Both the position numbers and the translations under genes were made by a program. From assembly GCA_963847185.1 (NCBI GenBank), contig CAWJYV010000010.1:672001-736000 (forward strand): 64,000 bases of DNA, written 5' to 3'. The stretch is from an uncultured Methanosarcinaceae archaeon (lineage in GTDB: Archaea; Halobacteriota; Methanosarcinia; Methanosarcinales; Methanosarcinaceae). Shown piece by piece: positions 10,052 through 19,189 of the stretch (its first letter is position 1; the number at the start of each line of letters is the position of its first letter). Under the pieces are notes generated by a model. That model saw nothing but the letters and a program-made list of their open reading frames with translations, was not told the origin of the DNA and ran no database searches.

Positions 10052-10690
10052 AGGGGATCACAGGGAAAATGTATGGGTTGGAAAGGGGATCGTTTTTAGG
10101 GGGTTTTGCTGAATTGGAAATTACATTCTCATTAGATTATATAAAAGCTTAGATAAACATATAACAATTTTTAAGCAATGGTTTTACAGGAAAAAGATTC
10201 ACTAAAACTTTTTGATTTGTACTTAAAAAACCTTGAGTAACTATAAAAAGATTCAATCTTTTGATTTAACGTTTATTAATTAATCCGAGAATAGAAAATG
10301 AATTTTTTTATTCAAGCAATCTTAACTTGTGTCAGTTGTTCCTTTTTATTCCTTTAAGTTTTCAGGGACCGTGGGAGTTAAGGTATTTTTGGTCTGAGTG
10401 TTGATTTCCTTATGGTATGTACTACAAACATTAAGTATAATATTACTAAATATTATGGAATTAAAGAAAAGTATTAAATATAAGTTAGTCGTACATATTT
10501 ATGCTAGATGAACAGACAAAAAACAGAAAAGCCTCCTAGATCTGTAAAGTGAGTTTACAACTCCTGAATTCCTCACCTGTATGTGCAGGCAGGTGAGGGG
10601 CTTCAGGTTTAAGGGATGGGCAAAAAATCATCAATATGGGAATTACTGGGACTGTTTTAACTGTTACACCTTTTAAGTATAATACTATCT

Positions 10691-10948
10691 TTGTTTAAAA
10701 TTGCAGAGCAGCAGCAGAAAGGTCTTATTCCATCTGAAGCGGACCCGCGTACCCTTGCAACTGCTATCGTGGCATTGTTCAACGGAATGAGAGTTCTTAT
10801 TCTCCTTGGCGTTGGTTGGAACGAAGTCCGTTCTCGCTGGATCGAAATACTCCGAAATCTATTTGGAATAACAGAAAAAGAGAAGAAAGCAGAATGCCCC
10901 AGGAATTGCAAAAGATTTGAAGATTGCAACACTTCACCAAAAGCATGA
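10691..10948 (+). pseudogene. Probable C-terminal fragment of a TetR-family regulator
   Basis: QQKGLIPSEADPRTLATAIVALFNG resembles TetR C-terminal helices; no HTH or clear start upstream. Confidence 0.5.
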
Positions 10949-11051
10949 GTGTGAACTCCAAAAAAATTTGATAATTTCCTTTTAAACCTCAAATAGAGGA
11001 AAAGGGGTGAATTAGAAGATAAGATAAGAAAATGAGAAGAAAAACTTCTAC

Positions 11052-12296
11052 TTACGTATAGTAGTCCCACTGGAAAAACCCATTGAAAGTATCGTAAATG
11101 TAATATCTTATTTGGTCAAAGAAGCTGTCTGAGGTATTTCCATACTCAACACTTTCTCCACTCTCAGGCTCAGTACCATTACCATTCTCAGATTCATTAT
11201 TTTTTCCATCTTCATACTGAGTACCTTCTTTATCACTCGCCAGCTTAACTAACCATGCATTCCCATTTTTGACGCCTGCAGCTATGTACCCGCTATCTGA
11301 AGTCTGTTGAATGGAATATAGCGTACAATTAGAGAATACTTTCATCCACTCCTGATTCCCTTTACTATCCGTTTTGAGTATGAAAGCAGAGCCATCAGTC
11401 CCATAGGAATAGGATTCGGTATACTTACCAACCAACACGTAACCGTTATCAGAAGTCACGGAAAGAGAATAAGCAGAATCATCTAGCGGCCCACCAAAAG
11501 TCTTGTTCCATTGCTCCTGACCATATTCATCTGTCTTGATAAGCCATATATCAGAATTAGTGTTTGTTTCATTGAGATTAATTGCGCTGGCAATTACATA
11601 TCCACCATCGTGTGCTTGCTTAATTAAACCTAAAGACGGATCTAGCGTTTCAGAACTATTATTTTGACCAAAAGTGTTATTCCATTGCTGATTACCGCTT
11701 AAGTCATATTTAGTTAATCTGATATCAGGATCAATCATAAGCAAATCGTCTTGGGCTCCAATTTCATACTCAATTATATCCCCAATTATATACCCGCCAT
11801 CAGACGTACGCTCAGCCCTATATTGAAGATAATCCTCATGGGTAATTTCATTACATCTTTTTTTCCACAGCTCGTTTCCATTCTTGTCAGTCTTTATCAG
11901 CCAGGGCTCAGCAGAAGGAAATGCATAATCAGAAGGAAATATAGAATCCGATAACACATAACCACCATCTGAGGTTTGTCGGGTAAAGTATCCCTCATCA
12001 AAATAAGTTCCCCCGTAGGTTCGATTCCACTGTATATTCCCAATATTATCAGCCTTGATAAGCCAGGCATCGTGATAGCCTTCCATTTCTTTTCCGTATG
12101 GAACTGTTGCACCTGCAATTACATACCCACTATCTGAAGTTTGTTGAACGCACCAGAAATTATCTTCGCCATCGCCGCCAAAAGACCTGTTCCATTGTTC
12201 TGCAGGTGCTTCGACAGCTGCCACACTTGATACCTGTGAAAACAGAATTAAAACAAGAAAAATTTGGAATATTCTATATTCAGTATTCTTAACCAT
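11052..12296 (-). CDS. Secreted protein with beta-propeller-type repeats
   Basis: Signal peptide; repeats of QTSDGGYV...WLIKTD..GN.QWN.TFGG. Confidence 0.8.
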   Translation of the reverse strand: MVKNTEYRIFQIFLVLILFSQVSSVAAVEAPAEQWNRSFGGDGEDNFWCVQQTSDSGYVIAGATVPYGKEMEGYHDAWLIKADNIGNIQWNRTYGGTYFDEGYFTRQTSDGGYVLSDSIFPSDYAFPSAEPWLIKTDKNGNELWKKRCNEITHEDYLQYRAERTSDGGYIIGDIIEYEIGAQDDLLMIDPDIRLTKYDLSGNQQWNNTFGQNNSSETLDPSLGLIKQAHDGGYVIASAINLNETNTNSDIWLIKTDEYGQEQWNKTFGGPLDDSAYSLSVTSDNGYVLVGKYTESYSYGTDGSAFILKTDSKGNQEWMKVFSNCTLYSIQQTSDSGYIAAGVKNGNAWLVKLASDKEGTQYEDGKNNESENGNGTEPESGESVEYGNTSDSFFDQIRYYIYDTFNGFFQWDYYT

Positions 12297-12691
12297 CCTG
12301 TCACCCTAAAAAATGGACTGCGATAAAGACGTCAAACTTTAGATAGAATATTTAGTGAGTCCCTCAAGGATATGAATATTACCAATCATAAATATAGTTA
12401 AGAAGCACAGCAAAAATAATGTCGTCCTTTTCAAGCCCATGAGTATTCTCTGATTGTTGATTGGAAGCATTGCGCGGAGAATTTATACGACTATACACAC
12501 CGCAGTATCATCCTATGATTATGAAAAAAGATTTATGACTTTACAGTCTTTTTGCCGGCATTCTGGTTATTCAATCTAAAAGCTAGAAGACTAATTCTCG
12601 AAACTCCTCATTTTGTTAAAAACATACCATGGAAAATATAATTGCTAATGGAAATCTAAATTTTAGACCTAAGTTTTATTTATAACTGAAT

Positions 12692-13270
12692 TTAAGAAAA
12701 TAAAGATGTTTCAATAGCAGGCTTCAAAAGTACTGCTCTGTCAAAGGAAAACTTAGGTTCAGAAACCCGTTCAAGACCCACGGATCGGGCAATTTCCAGA
12801 GTGCTGTCAAAATTGGATTTTGAGACATGGAATTTAGGCTCAACAATCAAAAACCTTCCATCAGGTTTAAGATGGGAAGCGACTTCGCTCAAAAAACTCT
12901 TTTTATCCGGGACCTCATGAACCATATAGAAAGCCAGGGCAAAATCCACCATCTCGGAGATGCCTAATTTTTCAGGTTGGGCTTTATGGAGAACGATACG
13001 AGAACTAAGCCCTTCACGCTCGCTTTTACTCTTTACTATCTGAAGCATTTCATCCTGAATATCCACTGAGATGACCCTTCCTTTTTCACCCACCAGCTTC
13101 GCCATTGCCAGGGAAAAGAAACCGGGCCCGCAACCCAAATCCATAACAACCTGCCCTTCTTTGATATATTTGCCAATAATTTTGTATGGGTTTTGTAAAA
13201 ATCTGCGAACCCAGTTGTCAAGGGTCCAGGCCATCTGATAGGGGCATACATCCGTAGATTTGCTCGTCAT
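12692..13270 (-). CDS. Class I SAM-dependent methyltransferase
   Basis: VMDLGCGPGFF, SVDIQ; likely start MTSKST after SD GGAGG. Confidence 0.88.
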   Translation of the reverse strand: MTSKSTDVCPYQMAWTLDNWVRRFLQNPYKIIGKYIKEGQVVMDLGCGPGFFSLAMAKLVGEKGRVISVDIQDEMLQIVKSKSEREGLSSRIVLHKAQPEKLGISEMVDFALAFYMVHEVPDKKSFLSEVASHLKPDGRFLIVEPKFHVSKSNFDSTLEIARSVGLERVSEPKFSFDRAVLLKPAIETSLFS

Positions 13271-13518
13271 TTTTCTTCCTCCTTTTAATTTTGGATTGTA
13301 TCTCAGTTCCGGAGAGAAAAAATCCAAAAAATTGATTACATATCTTTGAATTTGAATATATCTTTCTAATATGTTTTCGCATCTGGTTAAACCCTAAAGT
13401 TTTGGAAAATAGAAAAGTTATAGATATGCTTTTTTAGCACTAAATTTTTGTACACATAAGTACATCAAAGGACACATTAGCATCAGAAAAGCAGTTATTA
13501 TGGAATTTGGTGGATTAG

Positions 13519-14316
13519 ATGGATTACGTACACGGATATTCTAATAGGGAAAATTCTCGGCTTCAGGATCAGGCAAATACACTCACTGAGCTATTACATC
13601 ACGATACCATATATCCTCAGGGAAGCAGAGTTCTCGAGGCCGGCTGCGGTGTGGGTGCACAGACGGTCATACTGGGCAGAAACAGCCCTGATGCCAGTAT
13701 CACATCAATTGATATTTCAGCCGAATCAATTGAAAAAGCAAGACAGTTGGCTGAAAAAGAGGGTTTGGAGAATGTTGATTTTCAGGTGGCAAATATCTTC
13801 GATCTACCCTATGAAGACGAGACTTTTGATCATATTTTCATATGCTTTGTACTTGAACACCTTAAAAACCCACTTGACGCCTTATTGTCGGTGAAAAGGG
13901 TACTCAAAAAAGATGGCACGATAACTATCATAGAGGGAGATCACGGTTCAAGCTATTTTTACCCCAGGAGCGATGAAGCTATGCAGGCGATAAAGTGCCT
14001 GATAGATATCCAGGAGCTTTTGGGAGGTAACTCCCTCGTAGGTAGAGAAATCTATCCGCTATTGAATCGAGCTGGTTTTAAAAACGTGAGTGTCTCCCCC
14101 AGAATGGTATATGTTGATTCGAGTAAACCCGATCTGGTAGAGGGATTTACGAAAAATACTTTCACTGCAATGGTCGAAGGTGTCAGGAAGCAGGCACTGG
14201 AACTAAAGATGATCGACGAAAAAACGTGGGATAAAGGTATTAGCGACCTTTACCGGACGGCAGGGCAAGAAGGAACGTTTTGCTACACCTTTTTTAAAGG
14301 CACAGCCACTAAATAA
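13519..14316 (+). CDS. Class I SAM-dependent methyltransferase
   Basis: VLEAGCGVG, SIDIS, FDHIF..FVLEH. Confidence 0.9.
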   Translation: MDYVHGYSNRENSRLQDQANTLTELLHHDTIYPQGSRVLEAGCGVGAQTVILGRNSPDASITSIDISAESIEKARQLAEKEGLENVDFQVANIFDLPYEDETFDHIFICFVLEHLKNPLDALLSVKRVLKKDGTITIIEGDHGSSYFYPRSDEAMQAIKCLIDIQELLGGNSLVGREIYPLLNRAGFKNVSVSPRMVYVDSSKPDLVEGFTKNTFTAMVEGVRKQALELKMIDEKTWDKGISDLYRTAGQEGTFCYTFFKGTATK

Positions 14317-14487
14317 TTCCATCGTGTATTATTTCCTGGCTTTCCAAGTCAATTTGAAGTTGATCACTTGATGGGTTGTGCAAGGTTTTAACTGAGCAAA
14401 CTTATACTTATTTATTTAAAAGTTCTTAGTGTATTTAGAACGTATTAATCAAACCTCATTTTAATCCCATACGCCGGAGGCGGTACT

Positions 14488-15264
14488 ATGAGAAATATCA
14501 TAAAATATGGAATTTTTCTAGTTGGGACTCTTTCTTTGCTGACACTAAATGGTTTAGCGTTGTCCAATTCTTCAAATGATAGCATACAACTCTCAAATGA
14601 CAGTAATGAACCCGTAACTATTAGTGTCAGTGGATCACTCGTAGAACTCAACCATGAGGAATTAATTAGCAACTCCGATACGATTGTAATAGGTACAGTA
14701 AAGGAAATACTTCCAAGTAAATACGGAGACAGATTCAGTAAAGATACTGACTTCGGCCCAGATCATGTTATCTATACTGATATTATCATAAGTGTAGATG
14801 AATACCTCAAAAATCCATTATCATCAAATGAGGTTAGAGTGAGAGTAGCAGGTGGGACAATTGGAAGCGACAATATGTCAACAGATTATGAACCTAGTTT
14901 CAAAGCAGGTGAAAAAGTTTTACTTTATCTTGCCAAAGATACTAGCCATGCTACTCAGGATATTGGTCCTGAGCACTTTGTGGTTACAGGATGTCTACAG
15001 GGCAAGTACACATTAACTGATGATGGAAAAGCAATAAGACCCGATGAAAATACGACTCTGGATGAGTTGCTGAGTACAATTAATCAAACAGAGAATAAGA
15101 CAAACGATACCAAAATGTCAGAGAATACAGAAACGGCGAGAAAACAAGAAGAAAATTCCATTTCTACTCCAGAATCAAAAAATGCTCCTTTCATAAGCTC
15201 TTTCTGGACGTTTGCAGTACTGCTCGGAGTAGTTATGATTTTAAGAAGGCACAGGTGGAAATAA
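14488..15264 (+). CDS. Secreted/membrane-anchored hypothetical protein
   Basis: N-terminal signal; C-terminal NAPF-hydrophobic helix-RRHRWK tail resembling an archaeosortase-type sorting signal. Confidence 0.75.
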   Translation: MRNIIKYGIFLVGTLSLLTLNGLALSNSSNDSIQLSNDSNEPVTISVSGSLVELNHEELISNSDTIVIGTVKEILPSKYGDRFSKDTDFGPDHVIYTDIIISVDEYLKNPLSSNEVRVRVAGGTIGSDNMSTDYEPSFKAGEKVLLYLAKDTSHATQDIGPEHFVVTGCLQGKYTLTDDGKAIRPDENTTLDELLSTINQTENKTNDTKMSENTETARKQEENSISTPESKNAPFISSFWTFAVLLGVVMILRRHRWK

Positions 15265-15352
15265 GCTATTTGTAACTTTATTAGATGACTATTTTGCTTC
15301 ACTAGAAGATAGCACCTATGAATATTTATAAAGTTGGAAGACGAAAGCAGTT

Positions 15353-15889
15353 TTGAGAGGAAGTAAAAAAGTGAGTACTTATAGTGACGGCATTATTTTA
15401 TTCAGGTTCAGGAATAAGAAACTTGAAGTGATGCTAGTTCATCCAGGTGGGCCAATTTGGGCAAAAAAAGACTACGGAGTATGGTCAATGCCGAAAGGGC
15501 TACCCGAAGAGCATGAAAATCCTCTGGACACGGCTAAAAGAGAGTTTAAAGAAGAAACAGGTTTTGAAGTTGACGGCGAGTTTATTGATCTGGAAGAGTT
15601 AAATCAATCTGGCAACAAGATAGTACATATATGGGCTCTTGAAAAAGACCTGGATGTAACAAATATTGTAAGTAATACATTTAAACTTGAGTGGCCAAAA
15701 AACTCTAGGAAAGTACAGGAGTTTCCCGAGGTCGACAAAGCAGGCTGGTTCGATATTGAGCTAGCTAAGAAAAAAATACGAAAAGGACAGATAGGCTTTC
15801 TTGATAAACTCACAGGTATTCTTAATTACTCTGAAGAGAAAAAGCACTTAGATAAGGAAAAAAGGTACAGGCAAACCACACTATTTTAA
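15353..15889 (+). CDS. NUDIX hydrolase
   Basis: PKG...ENPLDTAKREFKEETG Nudix box; LVHPGGP.W. Confidence 0.88.
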   Translation: MRGSKKVSTYSDGIILFRFRNKKLEVMLVHPGGPIWAKKDYGVWSMPKGLPEEHENPLDTAKREFKEETGFEVDGEFIDLEELNQSGNKIVHIWALEKDLDVTNIVSNTFKLEWPKNSRKVQEFPEVDKAGWFDIELAKKKIRKGQIGFLDKLTGILNYSEEKKHLDKEKRYRQTTLF

Positions 15890-16076
15890 ACGCTGACCAA
15901 AAGTTGCGGGGATTAAATCTTTGCTGAAAGCCTGAATACAAGCTTTCAGTCTGAGATATTTACTATTTTTTACCGTGATTGATCAGATATAACCTTTGTG
16001 TTGCCACATTCTTTATTTTGACGGTTAGACTAATGTATTTTCGGTTTAATTTGATGCATTTTGAGGTTGTCTGCTG

Positions 16077-16391
16077 TTAATTGTTCAAAACTTTACTGTT
16101 AGTATAGCAACCTGCAGCTCTTTGGCCTCTGCCAAAACCAATGTCGTAGCCATCTGTGTAGCCATCAGTATAGTCGCTTGGACCTACTATTCTGTGTGAT
16201 GCTACACCATACACACGTATTGGGTTTTTGCACTTATCGAAACCGTCTGAATAGCCGTCTCTGATACCCTCTTTGTATCCTCTTTCGTAGTCTCTTTGAT
16301 TCGCGCTTACTGCTGTAGCTGTTATTGCCACAAGGAAACAAACTAACAGCAAAATAGCCAGTATCTTCCTTATTTTCAGTTCTCCCGTCAA
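16077..16391 (-). CDS. Small secreted hypothetical protein with GYxxGY repeats
   Basis: Signal peptide (..TAVSA); YERGYKEG..DGYSDGF, YTDGYTDGY; AAAGGGGG upstream. Confidence 0.7.
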   Translation of the reverse strand: MTGELKIRKILAILLLVCFLVAITATAVSANQRDYERGYKEGIRDGYSDGFDKCKNPIRVYGVASHRIVGPSDYTDGYTDGYDIGFGRGQRAAGCYTNSKVLNN

Positions 16392-16667
16392 TCTAAACCC
16401 CCTTTATTTTTCACTGTCTCTTAATGTGTTGTTATTGAAGGGAAAAGAGGCTTCGGTAGCTAGAATTCATTAAAAACCCCATGCTTACAATTCCCACCCT
16501 GTTTTTAACACATAAGAATTATACAATTAAGTCATATAATAATTTCCAGACCCTATAATCTTAATGTGTTTCTTATCAGTAAAGAAGTGAGGTGGATCTT
16601 GTAATAGAATTGTTTTTCCAGATAATCTAGGGAAAAATATTTACAAAATGTTCACAAACTTTGTGGC

Positions 16668-17298
16668 ATGAATTTCGGATTTTTGATTTTCCCAGGAATG
16701 GAAGAGTTGGATCTTGTCGGGCCGTGGGAAATAATATCACTCTGGAGCAAATTTGCTCAAGGGCCTGAGAAATGCCTCATGATTGCCGAGAATCCTGATC
16801 CCGTAATCTGTAACAAGGGAATGTCCATAAATCCTCATGTTACCTTTGCGGATTGCCCTCCACTTGGACTTTCTCCTTGTGCCGGGCGGCGAAGGCACGC
16901 ATAAAGAGGTAGATAATCAGTCTCTGATTCAATTCGTTGCCAGGCAGGCTGAACATTGTAAAGCTGTGCTTTCTGTCTGCACCGGAACATTCATCCTTCA
17001 CCGTGCCGGCTTGCTCACAAATAAACGAGCTACTACGCACTGGGCTTCACTCCAGAAGCTGCGAGAATTGGGTGACGTGGAGGTAGTGGAGGATCGAATT
17101 GTAAGAGATGGAAATATCTGGACCTCGGCAGGCATTTCTGCTGGCATCGATCTGGCGCTTGAATTTATTGAATACATGACAGATGAAAAGACGGCGGGCA
17201 AAATTCAGCTCGGTGCCGAGTACTATCCGTCTGGCAAGTCATATGGTATGATGCACAAAATTCCGCAGGCTCCTGAGTATATGAGAGAAAAGGACTGA
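16668..17298 (+). pseudogene. DJ-1/PfpI family protein with one frameshift
   Basis: N-half ELDLVGPWE and C-half DFLLVPGG..SVCTG..ATTHW..TSAGISAGID are in different frames; removing one base at about 16866 (CTTGGAC) joins them. Confidence 0.8.
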
Positions 17299-17348
17299 AA
17301 TCAAGGCTAAAAGCGGAATGCTGCAGTCCCTCCAAACCCTTCAAGAAC

Positions 17349-18167
17349 TTACTGCCATGTCACCTCAAGAGGTTTCCGGCGTGGGATTGCAGATATTTTG
17401 TACTGAGGGTTGCCAAACATCATTGCATAGGCACACTTTCTGTCTTCAGGCAGACCAAGCTCCTTCTGCAGGGGTTCATAGAAACTAGCAGCCGCATAAA
17501 CAAAACCAGCCCAGCAGGTTCCTATCCCGAATGCAGGAGCAGCAATATCAAAGTGGGTAAGGGCAATTATAGCATCGGTTGGTGCAATAGGGTTATCCTC
17601 AGGAATGTGGGCAAAAAGCAGGTGCGGAGCACCCCTGCAAATTACATCGTGCCCCTGTTCCCAGGCTGAAATAAGTATTGGCACATAGATGCTCATGGGA
17701 TGATTAGTGTTCTGAAGGCTTCTCATCCATTCGATAGTGAGCCCGGCAATCTTCCTGACTCTTTCTGGATCATGGATAACAAGCCACTGAACCGGCTGAC
17801 CGTTGCCTCCGGAAGCGGCGTAACGGGCAATATCAAGGACTTCAAGAATCTTTTCCTCTGGCACAGGCTCTTTGGTAAAATGTCGAACAGACCTGCGTTT
17901 TTTGAGATAGATTCCCAGATCTTCTGGAGAAATACTACCTGCACCTGCAGGAAGGGGAATTTTTTCTTCAGGATGTAAGTTCAGGATGAGAGCCTGCGTG
18001 GGGCAAAAAGCCTCGCAGTGTCCGCAGTAAAGGCAGCGGGAAGCATTCGTTTCCTGTACTTGCGGGAGATGAGATTCATCAACCGGATCGATAATACCTG
18101 AAGAGCAAACTTTTACACAAATGCCGCATTGTGTGCAACTATCCTGATTAACAATAATGTGAGTCAT
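17349..18167 (-). CDS. Nitroreductase with N-terminal 2x[4Fe-4S] domain
   Basis: CTQCGICVKVC, CLYCGHCEAFCP, RRSVRHF, GIGTCW. Confidence 0.92.
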   Translation of the reverse strand: MTHIIVNQDSCTQCGICVKVCSSGIIDPVDESHLPQVQETNASRCLYCGHCEAFCPTQALILNLHPEEKIPLPAGAGSISPEDLGIYLKKRRSVRHFTKEPVPEEKILEVLDIARYAASGGNGQPVQWLVIHDPERVRKIAGLTIEWMRSLQNTNHPMSIYVPILISAWEQGHDVICRGAPHLLFAHIPEDNPIAPTDAIIALTHFDIAAPAFGIGTCWAGFVYAAASFYEPLQKELGLPEDRKCAYAMMFGNPQYKISAIPRRKPLEVTWQ

Positions 18168-18454
18168 GGTATTGAGTCCTGCTAAAGTATAGTATCAAAA
18201 TATTCTGAGGACAGATATAAACAAACCAATATTTATTTACTTTTCTTTTTTTCTCTGCCTGTGAAACTCAACTCATTCTTCAACTCATTCTATTACTGCC
18301 TGGCCAAAGAATAAAAGGTGCATACGTGTCTTTACACCTACCTCAAAAACTTAAAATCTGTTTTCTAAGAAGAAAAACTAAGCAGACCTTGACATTCAAA
18401 TTCTTATGAAGGAGAAATGGAAGAGGGAGAAAAAAATGAATATGGGAAGAGAAA

Positions 18455-19027
18455 ATGAATATGGAGAGGGAGAAAGAATATGGAGGAAGGGAAATGAATA
18501 TGGATACTGAGGAGATTCGAGCGATCTTTAAATTTTCAGCCCGGGAAAAAAATATTATCTCCAGTTTTGGAATCCAGGGAGATATGTTTCTTCCTTTTCT
18601 GCTATCGCTAAAATCAGGAGGTTCCTGGAGTTATGCTTCAGAAGAAACAAAAAGCATTGCAGTAAAGGATGTGATCACTTATTACGATGAGGAGAGCAAG
18701 ACAGGTTATACTCTGGAAAAGATATATTTTTTTATCGATCCTGAAATCATAAAGCAAGAAGGAGTTATCCGCAGGCTGGAGAAATGCGGGACAAAAGAAG
18801 AAAGAGAACTGGTTGAAAGACCCTACAGCCTAACCCTTCAGGCTAAAAAAATTATACTTGCAGAGGTAAATCCAGGCCTCAGGGAGATAAGAGTCAAGGA
18901 GCTGGAGAAAAAAAGCATAATATTGAAAGGTACTCCGGCATACAGCGCAGCTCATGAGCTGGAACATCTTGAAAAAGGAGAAGTAAAAGGAGTTCCTATA
19001 TGGAACTTTGAATATGTTAAAGAATAG
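18455..19027 (+). CDS. Peptide-deformylase-like putative metalloprotein
   Basis: FIDPEI, LEKCG, VERP, AAHELEHL parallel the PDF motifs INPxI, EGC, VxR and HExxH; true start may be 18494 or 18500. Confidence 0.7.
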   Translation: MNMEREKEYGGREMNMDTEEIRAIFKFSAREKNIISSFGIQGDMFLPFLLSLKSGGSWSYASEETKSIAVKDVITYYDEESKTGYTLEKIYFFIDPEIIKQEGVIRRLEKCGTKEERELVERPYSLTLQAKKIILAEVNPGLREIRVKELEKKSIILKGTPAYSAAHELEHLEKGEVKGVPIWNFEYVKE

Positions 19028-19063
19028 GTAAAAATGAGCAGAGATACTCAGTAATTACAATAA

Positions 19064-19119
19064 AAAGTGAAGAATATAAAGTGAAGAATATAAAGTGAAG
19101 AATATAAAGTGAAGAATAT
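19064..19119. repeat. Tandem repeat 14 bp x4
   Basis: (AAAGTGAAGAATAT)4 between convergent genes. Confidence 0.9.
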
Positions 19120-19189
19120 AAATAGTGGAGAAAAGCAAAGTTTTCTCCTGATAATCATACCTTCTTCAAAAAAGAATTTTGTGACAAAA

